Part shown: positions 1-12,383 of the stretch, piece by piece
Layout of the letters: each line of letters opens with the position of its first letter
How positions within the stretch are numbered: position 1 is the stretch's first letter
Source of the DNA: Amphiscolops sp. MND2022
Taxonomy: Eukaryota
Length of the DNA stretch: 64,000 nt
Direction of reading: 5' to 3'
Assembly (NCBI GenBank): GCA_964187785.1
Contig: OZ076411.1
Coordinates: 42,098,001 to 42,162,000, forward strand
Translations under genes and position numbers: made by a program
The notes under the pieces: generated by a model
Database searches by the model: none
The model's input: only the letters and a program-made list of their open reading frames with translations
Told to the model about the DNA's origin: nothing

Positions 1-662
1 TTGCCACTGTAATAGTCGGGCTCATTTTGTAAAAATGCTCCGACTAAAAATACGTTTCATACAACACAAACTGAAAAAAAACATCAAAGCTTGCACGGTA
101 CTAAAGTAACCTAGTCAGTGATTTCAGGTAAAAAATTTGAAAACAGTGAAACAGAAATGAGACATAAAAAATATGAAGCCCTGAGACGCAGGACTACGGG
201 GGTTTGAGTCCCGCACTAAACCAAACTTTTTATGTTGGCAAAGGTAGAAAGATTCTTTGGTACCTTTTTGGTACTTGGTTTTTCTTCCGTACTGAGCGAC
301 ACTTTCTAAACGTTTTTACCGTTCAATTTCTAGCAGAAACGAAGAGTTTCATGAGCAAGGAGGACCCTCTTAAAGTTTTTCGGCATTATGCGACTTATCG
401 AAGACATTTGTTAGCACATTTCCTTCGGTCAAATGGTATCCACTTCACTTTTCAAGAAAATTTAGCTTGGAAAAGGCGTTTTGCGGACTTAGAACGTCTC
501 TTTTTGGGTTTCTCGGCACGATGAAGCTTTTTACGAAAAAATCGACATTATTTTTTTTTCAAAAATTGGGTTTCATGATGATTCGGGTATTGTTTTGAAC
601 AGTAAATTTCATAAAAAATTTTTCACAAGAGTGTTACATCGCATATTCAAAAGACTTCGCGC

Positions 663-1270
663 TTTTTAGTCGGCGCCTTTTCCTTTAAGAAAAAAAAGCC
701 CGACTATTACAGTGGCTAGTTTTTTTTTCGTCAGACCACAGAGCTCATCGCGTATGTACCACTTTTTACAGAAACTGATAAGACTACTCAGGCCAAGTCA
801 CGCCAATAGAAACTTAGTGCAAAGGGTCCCCCCTTTCATTTTTTACCTTTTTTACGTAACCTACAAAACCGGAAGAGACCAAAGGGTTCCCCCTTTCAAT
901 TTTTTTCGGCACTGTACGAATTTTCGAAAATTTTTTAAGGTACCAAAAGAGTCCCCCCTTCGAGTTTTTTGATATTTTGCAACAGAATGTATGTTAATGA
1001 ATCCCAAAGGGTCCCCCTTTTCATTTTTCGGCACTATGCGACATTTTCGAAGTTTTTTTCAAAAAAAATTTTAGAAAAAATTTTCAAATTTTATTTTGTT
1101 CCCAGTCGGGAAACAGTGATTTTCCAGTCATATCGAGCATGAAAGGCACACTTTGGGTGTCTCGAATGTGTTTTCAAAGCTTTTCATGAATACGTCCTGA
1201 GCATATTTAGAAAACTTTGCGCTTCTTGAGCCTTAGATATAGCGCCGACTTTAGACGTTCCCGTCTTGTT
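663..1270 (+). mobile_element. HINE-A: non-autonomous Helentron/DINE-1-like element, complete copy
   Basis: 5' T-run plus AGTCGGCGC with an overlapping AGTCGG..CCGACT hairpin; internal ~60-bp AAGGGTCCCCC/TTTTCGGCAC tandem units; 3' GCGCCGACT (inverse of the 5' motif), hairpin AGACG-ttcc-CGTCT and TGTT end; no TSD. A second 3' end follows at ~1280-1313. Confidence 0.8.
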
Positions 1271-1730
1271 GAATCTTGAGCGGGGCTCCAACTTGGGCCG
1301 TTACCGGCTTGTTTGTCATGGCAATACCACAACGGTGATGATGAACTTGCTCAAGGTCCAACAACAGTGAGCTGAGAGATCGAATCTCACATGGCACCAA
1401 CGCAGGCCAAATGCTCTAACAACTAAACATCATTCCCCAAACATCTGGGTCATTTCAAAAATTTTTCGAAGATTGCATGAAACCGTCGAAAATCGAAATT
1501 TTGAAACATTTCGGTTCATCTCAGGCTTTTTATCGAATAGAACTGCATATTTCTCTTTCGGAGACATAGTTTGGGGATACTTTTTCCGAAAAATGCATTT
1601 GGTGCGAAACTGCTATGATAGTTGAATTCTGTGGAAGATCCTTTGTAATTTGGGCATAAAATTGGAACATGGCAAAATTTGGAAAAAACGGAGCTCTGTA
1701 ATTTTCCTTTCCAATGTGCAAATATGGGCG

Positions 1731-1925
1731 GAAAATGAAAAATGGTGCTACAATGGTAGCAATAATTCCAGAAAAGAACTGTGAGCTTCATGAAATTTCA
1801 AAAAACGACTAATGCTCATACTCAACCAATTTCAGTGCTTTTTGAGTTTTCATGCTTTTCAATTCACATCATTGGGCTCTATGTGTCATTACGTCTCCAC
1901 AGAACTGAATATCTTCAATCAACCT
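1731..1925 (+). repeat. Dispersed repeat, second copy at ~16925-17125
   Basis: Both copies contain CATGCTTTTCAATTCA(C/A)ATCATTGGGCTCTATGTGTCATTAC and ACAGAACTGA. Confidence 0.8.
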
Positions 1926-3635
1926 GGAATTATTTCTTTAGAGCAAGCCGATAGCTTCAACAATGGGCGTCAGAGTAAATTGCAATAAGCACATTACATG
2001 ACATAACGAAATGGTGGGCAGCAATCAGTGCCACGGATTTCCACAACTTCAAATTTAATTACAAATGTTCAATAAGAGTTACGAGAATAAAACCGGACCG
2101 TTCAAAAATATGGGCTTCAAAAACTCATCGCGATGGTGCAATGTTTTTTTGAGAGTTCTAAACTGGGATATGTGCAATTGCGTCAGTTGGTTGATTGAAG
2201 AATACAAGACGATTGATTGAAACACGACGCTCAATATTTCCGTCCTCACCGACAAAAACAGTTGAAAACAACTTCTCTACGAAGTGCAGCGCCTCAACTT
2301 CAATTACTCAAAACTTTTAAATGTTAAGCTTTGATCTCCTGAATCTACACAAAAATTTCATATGCTTAGATTCTAGTTATGCCAAGAAAAGGAAACAACC
2401 AAAAAACTCATTAACATTTCTTTTGGCTACCAACATTCAGTTTTTTGAAGTTTTTAAACAACATTAGTTGGATGACGTTGAACAGCTTCGCATGTTTGAA
2501 GTAGCGAGATTTATCCTAAAAGAGTTTTTCGATTCCAAACTTGCCAAGAACTAACTAGATCAGTTAAGTTTAGCTCAAACAGAATTAACGCAATACCTGC
2601 TTCGTTAAATTCGTCGAATTACATCAGAAGGTATTCTTTGTGGAACAACCTTGAAAAATTCTGAAAAATTTGGTTTTCTTAACCCCACACAAATTTTCAG
2701 CTTTTGTAAAAAAAAATTGAATCACATTAGCGGTACTTAAAATGAAATAAGGTCTTTCTTCTACATTTGGACATTTTCTTCAAACTTTGGTCAAGCTCGG
2801 GACTTTATAAGGACCAGGCACTCAATTAACGCCCAACTGCGTTCATACTACTAAACCCGGTTACCTGCATATTCAGACTTTCACAATTACTTTGTACTGG
2901 GAGAACATTTTTTGCAATCGAATCTAGCCATCGCCAAGGTGTTCTTTCTTCAAATTGAGTCAAACTAATTTCAGTTTCTGATATAACGCTTAAAACAATT
3001 ACTTCGAATATAAAACATGAAATTCGCATTAAAGGTATTTGGTTGTTTTTGGACTTTTTTTGAGCTTCGGCCTTCTTTCTTGAAGACATCTCAAAGACCC
3101 CTTTTACACTAACTGATGATTTTACCTTTTTACGCAACTAAAAAACATAAGATTCCCAATATTATTTTTTTGGCATTGTGAAACTTGCAAAATTTGTCAT
3201 TCCCCAAAAAGGTTACTGCTTCGTTTTTTTTTGGTAATTTGATTTGGAAAAGCCTTCTTTGCGTTCAAAGGGTCCCCTTTTTTAAAATTTTCCGGCAGTT
3301 GCAGAGATTTTTTCAGACCTTTCAATAGCAATTTAGCATTTTCAAAAGACGGTGCACGTTCTTAGCCTTCAGCGGGGCGCTGACTTTAGACGTTCTCATC
3401 TTGTTCGAGTTTTCATCAACCTTCCATTCACATATAGTTGACTGTTTAGCTCAGTAAATTATCAATAGTCTCTCTAGTACGCAACAATCTGGGTAATGTG
3501 GAAACATTTAGATCGGTTAGATTATATTCAGATCAAACAAATAAAACCATATTTTAGTAATTTCATCCTCGAGTTTGTCCATCCAAGATAACATGTTATC
3601 AAAGTAAGTTTCTCGTAGTGTGTGTCTGCGGAACC

Positions 3636-4955
<1,320 letters not shown>

Positions 4956-5357
4956 GATGATGATGGTGGCTGTTCGGTTCGATTCAATCCAAATTGTTGC
5001 AGTTCGTTCACGAAGTTATGCAGACCAACACAAAACTCACTGAAAGATATGTTCAGTAGATAGCTAGATACTTGCTGTTGTTAAACAAGAGTCCAAAGAT
5101 GAAATTTCATACGCATGTCTCTGCCAACGAGCTCGTTGGATTATAAAGCGCACGTTGAACAATTCTTCGAGAGAAAATGTTCGAATATCGTTTTCAGTCA
5201 TGTTCTCAAATTCGAGAATGAGTACAAAAACTATTTCTGGAAACAATTTATTTTTTTTTCGTATCAAAATTTAGACTATATACGGCATAAATAAAGCTTT
5301 AAAATACATCTATAAATAAAGCTTTAAAATACATCTAAATGGAAAACAATTTCACAA

Positions 5358-6284
5358 CTATTTTTCTTGATAAAAGCTAGAATGTCTTGCACACATTAGA
5401 TCAATGAGCGGAGATTCCAGCCATTCATCGCAGGAGGATCCATCGATTGTGATAACTTTCTTTTCTCTTCTGGCCACGCCCGCTTCCGCAAAAAACACCT
5501 GCACAGTCGTCCGTCTGGTAGTTAATATATTTCCCACCACACAGTGATGGTTATAAGTCTTGAAGGCCTTCTCGCACTTCTCAGCCAACTCGGCATCGTT
5601 GGTTTCCAGCTTGAAAGTCACCATGTAACACTCAGGGCACCAAGTTTCTAGCACGTGTTTTAAAGCTTTGGGCACGGGACGAAGCTTCAGTTCCAGACAT
5701 TCCAGCCCAGACTTAATTTTATTTTCAGACATTTCTGACTCGGGAATGAAATAATCAGAAACAGCGGCAGCAGAATAGAGCAAAAACTTGGAAGAAAACT
5801 CTGAACAACGTTTACAAATAAATCGCAAAAAGTAAAAATATTGAAAAATAGTCCAGTAATTGACAATAAACAAGTTTTCGAAGTAAGGAGCTCCCAAGTC
5901 TTGTTCGCTTGGAAAACGTTTGCGTTGTTTCAAGATGTCAGCGAATTTCCCTTCTTTGTTGCTTAGCACCGCAGGAAGCTGCAAAGTTTCAGCAAAAGGC
6001 ATACAGGATGAGTCACGTTTCAGAAGCAAAACATTGTAACCCTTTTTGACAAAGATTTCCGCACTTCGAGCACCTCTGAGACCGGTGGAAAAATTTTCCA
6101 GTAAACGGACGGGTTTCTGCTCCAGAGGAATACATGTACCTCCAGAAGTGACGAGAACAACGGGCTTATTTAAATCAATGCCCGAAATGAAGTTGTTCAA
6201 GTTAGAAACATTCAAGTTTGATAGAGTATGAGAGTTCGATCTGAGAAAAATGTCGACATCATTCTCTTCACGTACTTCGGACAT
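5358..6284 (-). CDS. PPCS: Phosphopantothenate--cysteine ligase (CoaB-type), intronless
   Basis: Motifs [52 protein letters not shown] and VTFKLET match eukaryotic PPCS. First ATG is at 6284; the track start at 6341 is a TTG. Confidence 0.93.
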   Translation of the reverse strand: MSEVREENDVDIFLRSNSHTLSNLNVSNLNNFISGIDLNKPVVLVTSGGTCIPLEQKPVRLLENFSTGLRGARSAEIFVKKGYNVLLLKRDSSCMPFAETLQLPAVLSNKEGKFADILKQRKRFPSEQDLGAPYFENLFIVNYWTIFQYFYFLRFICKRCSEFSSKFLLYSAAAVSDYFIPESEMSENKIKSGLECLELKLRPVPKALKHVLETWCPECYMVTFKLETNDAELAEKCEKAFKTYNHHCVVGNILTTRRTTVQVFFAEAGVARREKKVITIDGSSCDEWLESPLIDLMCARHSSFYQEK

Positions 6285-7697
6285 TTGGCAGCCAGATTTA
6301 AAACGCCAGCATTCAACCACTCTAGAAAAGAACTTTTCCAATTAAAAAATCTAAGATGACTATATTGGTACAAAAAATAACCAAATGAATTAAAGATAAA
6401 AATGATTCGGTCAATCATCGAAATTTCATTTCATTTAAATAAAACAGGGAAGCCCAACACCGTAAATTTATTTTTCGTTTCCTCATTGGATATTTCGGCA
6501 CTGTAATTTATTCGAGAATCAAAAAAACCCCATAAATTTGGATTTTTTGATGTTTTCAGTTTTACAGGTCTCAAGCGTTTTACGGGTCCCCCCTCTCGGG
6601 GTATTTTTTAGTACTGTGAGACCAATTAGCGATTACTCAATAATTGTTTTCGAATAAATTTGAACAGCTTGTGTTTCAAATTGGACCATTACTGTACCGA
6701 ATTATTGGCTTTTTAGAGTAGGTTTTGCCAAGAAGAAGGCGGTTGAAATACTCATGAAAACTACATGCAAGAACTTGTCTTCAGAACTGCTAAGGTATTT
6801 TTAGTTGAGATTATTCCGTTAATTTTTCAGATAGGGCGTCTTGTAACAGTCTATGAAAAAAATTTCAGTGCCACTGTACCCTCTTTGATTCTCAACTGAT
6901 TTTCGAAAATAGCGCTATCAATCAATCAATCAATCAACATGCAATTTTCAAGCAGGTTGATTCGAAACGTTATTTCAAATTAAATAAGCTGTCACAAAGT
7001 TCAAACAAGCAGGGAACGGCCCAAGTGGGCGCCTCACTCGATTAAAAAAGCAAAAAGTGGGAGACCGCTTTCTGAAACAATTTCGGCAGTGCGGTGTGTC
7101 GCAAAAATATTGGCGTTGAATAAATTGCGTGCCAAGAACAAAAGGCGTGGCAAAGGCACAAAAAACTAGAGTGTTATGTTCAGGTATACCCAATTAGAAC
7201 GTTTCAGATAAATGTTGGTTTTTTCACCTTCTTATCGGTCTTGAAGTCGATGAGAAGGCTCTATACTTTTTCCAATACAATACTTTTCATTAACTGTTCA
7301 ATTTTTCAACATTACATGTTGTTTTTGTTTATCTATCCCAAATTACGTCATTCTTTGCAGATAATGTTGTTTGCCAATTGTTCAGCTAACATTGCTAATT
7401 TTTGTTTCTAAAAATGTTGAACTTGTTAATTGAGATTTCATTGTAAACAGTATGGAACTTTGCAGTGAACATTTTTGAAAATGAATGTTTTGAAAATGAT
7501 GTTACTTGTTAAATTTGTTTCCTTGTCTATGCACATTTGATGGCACACGTCCACGTTTAATGTTTACACTTTTGGATCCTTTACGGCTTTATTTTGAAAC
7601 TTTTATTGTTCCAATAATTGTTGATGTTGGAAGAAACATCTTTTCATTACTTCCTTTTTTCGCTTTTACAACAATTGGCTCCACTTTGTACGTCGTC

Positions 7698-8846
7698 CTA
7701 GTGAAAAGAGCCCGACTATTACAGTGGCTAGTTTTTTTTTCTTTTTAGTCGGCGCTTTATCCTTTTAAGGAAAAATGCCCGACTATAGCAGTGACCTTTT
7801 TTTCTTCAGACTACAATCCTCACACTGATCGGCTTTTCTTACAATCTTAAAATCTTACAATTCTTACTCAGCAAATTTAAAATATTTTAAAAGCTTGCGA
7901 AGTAGTATTTTTACATCATCTAAGAAACTCAAAGGGACCAAAGGGTACTCCCTTAGAGTATTTTCGGCTCTGAGACTTTTTCGAAAAATTTTTTTCCCCA
8001 AAGGGTCCCCCTTCAATGTTTTTGGAGTTTTCCGACAGAACGGATGTTGAAAAATCCCAAAGGGTCCCCCTTTCAATTTTTTCGGCATTATGAGACTTAA
8101 AAAAAAAATTTCACCAAAAGTGCCCCTCCAATTTTTTTTGATGATTTGCGACAGAATGGATGAAAAATTTCAAAGTGTCCCCTCTGGTGCGCCAATTCGG
8201 TTCAGCTTTTGGGTTTTTCCGGTACCGTAGAAGAGAATACTTTGACACTTTGAAGTCCTTTTGCTGTTTTTGAGCCTTAGATATGGCGCCGACTTGGGCC
8301 GTTCCCGGCTTGTTTTTTTTTCGTCAGACTATTCACTCATCGCTTATGTACCACTTTTTGTGAATTATTCACTTTTACCACAAGTACTCAGTATTTGATT
8401 TTGAACGCATCCAAAGGCCTCTACCTTGAAATGCAAAACCCAGAAGGGTCCCCCTTCCAATTTTTCGGCGCTATGAGACTTTCCCCGCCCCTTTTTTCGG
8501 CTATGTGAGACTTTTCGAAATTTTTTAAAGTCTTCAAAGGGTCCCCCTTCTATTTTTTTGGTGTTTTGCAACTGAATGGATGTTGAAAAAGCCTAAAGGG
8601 CCCCCTTTTACATTTTCGGCACTATGGGACTGTTAAAAATTCTCATTTTTCGTTTTTTTTGGAAAATTTCATTTTTTTTCGAAATTTTTCAATGTCTCCG
8701 AAGGGTCGCTCCTTCATTTTTTTTTGATATTTTGCAACAAATTGAATTTTCAAAAAGCCCAAAGAGTCCCCCCTTCTACAATTTTGGAAACTTTGCGCTT
8801 TTTGAGCCTTGGATATGGCGCTGACTTTAGACGTTCTTGTCTTGTT
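7698..8846 (+). mobile_element. Two nested HINE-A copies (7742-8314 inserted in the T-tract of 7698-8846)
   Basis: A 5' module at 7698-7740, then a complete copy ending GCCG-ttcc-CGGC-TTGTT, then a headless body ending AGACGTTCTTGTCTTGTT. Confidence 0.8.
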
Positions 8847-8926
8847 TGAAATCAGGGCTGTATTATTCAATTTCAGGCAGCGTACCTGAGAAACCTTCAA
8901 GCAAGTCCTCTTCTAGTTTGAGACTT
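8847..8926 (+). pseudogene. Duplicated fragment of the POLA1 intron 1 acceptor plus 50 nt of exon 2
   Basis: Reads identical to the reverse complement of 53586-53664 (GAAATCAGGGCTGTATTATTCAATTTCAG|GCAGCGTACCTGAG...GAGACTT). Confidence 0.92.
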
Positions 8927-9559
8927 GTTCCCATCTTGTTGATTATGATTCCAGAAAAATTTCACATGTACTGATATGATGTCACCCCCAGCATAATTCG
9001 AAACTATTCATTTTGTTTTCCACAGTTCCTAATCCAATATGTAACAAAGTAGTGTCGGAAATTTTTTTCGTCATCAAACTTAATATTTTTATTCATGCTT
9101 ATAGCAAATACAACGCAAAATTTGCTTTCGATGAAGCTACATTCATGACACGTTTTTCAATTGGCAAACGTCTGAAATTCTAATTATGCTTCAGTTAGCT
9201 GAGTTGCTTTTCGTCTCGCTTTCAAATGGTTTCATGTTACAAGCTGTTTAACACCGCACATTTACCGAATACTTTTTAAAAGACTTTCCGTATTAACAAA
9301 TCAAAACAGATGCTCTCTGTTATCCTTGAAGTTCTGCATCATTCTCCAGTTTATTTGCAAAAAACACCTAGTAACTACTGTAAAAGATTCCTGAAATAAT
9401 CATTTCGACTTTTTTCACAATTTCTATAACCCTCAAGTTGAAAGAAATAAAATCTAAACTGTACATTTGTTCTTTTTGTTAGCTATAATTACTAACCAGT
9501 TAGTCATGTCAATTTCACAACATTTCTATTTTATCGGGTATTACTTTCGAGAGTCACCG

Positions 9560-9630
9560 TGATACAGCGTCACACACTCTTATCAACGCTCGCCGTCTGA
9601 GGGCATGCCCTTCGACGACGTATGTCAAAC
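9560..9630 (+). repeat. Dispersed repeat, inverted copy at ~33222-33285
   Basis: CATGCCCTTCGACGACGTATG vs CATACGTCGTCGAAAGGCATG, with flanking similarity. Confidence 0.65.
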
Positions 9631-9706
9631 CAGTTCTGTCGACGGTCATGCTCTCTAGATCACAAAACGCAAAGTGTAAATATCTAAAAGTATGTGAAAA
9701 TTTCAA

Positions 9707-10262
9707 AATCAAGACCAGAGCCGCATGTGTGGTAAAGGAGTCGGCTTAGGTCTTTTTCCTTCTGATTCGCTCGAATCCTAGTCATACCATTTTGATGAAA
9801 TTGCACATATTAGACCCTTATATGGTGTAGAATGACTCCATAAAAGTTCTTTCAAATCGTAAAGTGTTTGAGATAATTGGCCGTTTTTTTGGTTATTTTT
9901 CGACTAACTTTGGCTATGTTTCTCAGATCCCAGCCATACCATTTTAACGCCATTGCATATATAGGACTCTAATATGGCGTAGAATGACTGTAGAAAATTT
10001 CGTTCGAATGGTATCGACAGTTTTTGAGAATATTGAAGAAGTTTAAAATGTTTTTTTTTGTCATTTTTCAGCTAATTCTGGCTGTTTCTCAGATTCCAGC
10101 CCTATGATTTTAATGCCATTGCTCACGCAGGAGCTTCTTTGGGTGTATAATGACTGCATTAAATTTTATAAAAATAGTACGGACAGTTTTTAAACTTTTA
10201 CTGAAAAGTCGGACGAAAAGGTACGAGTGCCTGAGTAGTCGAAAATTCATTCCGACTCCTAA
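9707..10262 (-). mobile_element. HINE-C: separate Helentron-like family
   Basis: Inverted pair AGGAGTCGG (9736-9744) / CCGACTCCT (10252-10260); hairpin AGTCG..CGACT at the 5' end; minus-strand 3' end ACCA..TGGT-CTTGATT; three ~150-160-bp internal tandem units. Confidence 0.65.
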
Positions 10263-12354
10263 TTAGTTACTAAGATTACCAGAAAGGATATCCTTGCGAC
10301 TCGAAAACCGTTTTACGAACAGAAAGACTCAGAAAGTTAGTTTTTTTGAAACAAGACGCATGGTGTCGAAAAACCCCATAAATGTGTCGAGACCCGGTAA
10401 ATTCGCAAAACGCTTTTCAAAACCGAAAACATTTCAAAAAGTAAAGGTGTACTCTTTGATCAAAAGTCAAAATCCCACATTTGAAGATAAGGCAGAACAA
10501 GCCGGGAAAGGCCGAATTCGACGCCCGCCCCGCCCCGCTCACGTTTTTTGGAGATGCAAAATAAATTTTTAAAATTTTATCAATTTTACAGTGCCGAAAA
10601 ATACCCGAAGTGATACGCACAAGACTCGAAAACCACCTTTTCCTCAACTGGAAACAAAAATCTTTCTCGAAAATTGATTTTTCCTTCGCAAAAATCTCAT
10701 AGTGCCGAAAATGGAGCTTTAAGCTAGCACACCGCGTTCCGCGTTTTTCAAGCCAGCAGCTGTCATGATAGTGAAGTTTTTTTCATACTAAACGTTAACA
10801 TACTAAAAACTAACAGTTGTATATGAAAATTTTGAATATTTTTTAAAAAAGAGATCAGGTCAAAAGGGAAAAATTAATTTTGGAAAAATGGACAGGAAAA
10901 TGAAGAAAACGAGTTAATGGTGTGTGGCAATCAATTTGAAATATTTCACTTGTTCGATGAAGTATAAATTGCGGGCGCATAAAATTAGATAAGGAGGGCA
11001 AGTATTATGTGAATGCGACCATAAAGACCATGCTGGTGACAAGCGTGCTGCCACTCAAACCAATTCATTGTATAGTTCCCCTGAGAGACGGTTGTAAAAT
11101 GGAGATGGAGGATGAATCATCAATCTGGTTTCCCTACTTGCTGCCTTGAGGGGAGATGGTGAAAGACAAACCTGATAAAACAAATAAACAGCCCCGCAGA
11201 TACACTTATACAAGCTGATGAATGTAGACATGCCAGAAATTGATGGTTGCAGGTTGGGAGAGCGATTAGATAAGAATGTGGGAGACACCCATGCACAAAT
11301 ATGGGGCAGTTATATGTCAGCAGGAGGGAGGGCAAAGTAGCCAGGAGTAGTCTGAGGGGATCAGCATGTCGTGTTTGACGGTACGAGGGGTGGCGAAAAA
11401 GAAAAGACAAGGTAATACAAAGGGCGCGATTGGAAGACACCAGCAGTAGCAGCATCCAACAAATACAAGGTGATGTGATATAGTGATAGAGCTGTTCTTG
11501 TAATATAAATATGTAAGAGCCTCCAAGCGAAACAAAGGCCAGTGAAGCGAGACATTGCTTCTTTCAACTAAACCTCACCACCGGGAGCTGCTTTTACGTC
11601 ACATACCAACCGCTCCCCTGCACCAACAGCCACCACCCATTACGACGACATTGACCAAGAAGCCCGAATCAATTCTATCTGCCCTTTTTTCTTACTCTTC
11701 TCAGTTCTTATTTTGACTCTCACTCTTACTTTGCTCAATCTCAAGGCATTAATCTACTAAGGCGGCCTGATCAGCAAGTGGACATCATAACACACATACA
11801 AGAGAAGCCAATTCGCCAATCTCATACCAAGGGCTGCTCCGTTCAATCGTTTTGGCTGAAAAATCTCCCCTGCACAAATCACATGTATTAAGTGCAGCAC
11901 TCCTTTGTCTCTTCGCCTTTTCTTTGTATCTTGTTCATCTTTTGCCAAGAATTTACTCTTATCCACAGCAGACTTTTTATCCAAATAATTTTCCAGCCGC
12001 TTTTTACTTTCTGTTTTCTGTAAAGAGTTCTATATCTAACGCAATCATGTAATTACTCAAAAATACGTACATCGAGGCAGTCAGCTGGCTATGATGAAAA
12101 CATCACTCTTCCCTTTTAATACACAAACTTTCATTCACGCTAATTTTTTTCCGCCATATTTGGCCATTGCTGACTAATTAGTTGCGCAACCTATTATTGT
12201 TTGTACACATTCTACATTGTCATACCATCTTTTTTCATGTCTTACACTACATACAACCCAATGCCCCCGTTCCGTTCATTTTCTCGTTCTTTTCATCCAA
12301 ACCAGCAACATTCTTCTTCCCATAACATTGATCTGTCTTATGTCCTTTTCTCAG

Positions 12355-12383
12355 CCAATGAGCCTGAGGCTATGGTGACGTCA
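12355..12383 (+). promoter_or_regulatory. Candidate promoter: CCAAT box plus a perfect CRE
   Basis: CCAAT at 12355-12359 and TGACGTCA at 12376-12383, in a TE-free block ~200 nt before a donor-like CAG|GTAACA (12591). Motif match only. Confidence 0.3.

Noticed and set aside
204-972. Short ORFs rich in F/K/G/P here and at 7864-8900, 20739-21747, 53725-56687 and 59656-61060
   Set aside because: They are translations of HINE tandem units (GGPF/RVPPF/FFGT), on both strands, with no coding signature.
5287-5336. 25-bp tandem duplication in the PPCS 3'UTR, and ATCA microsatellites elsewhere
   Set aside because: Ordinary slippage products.
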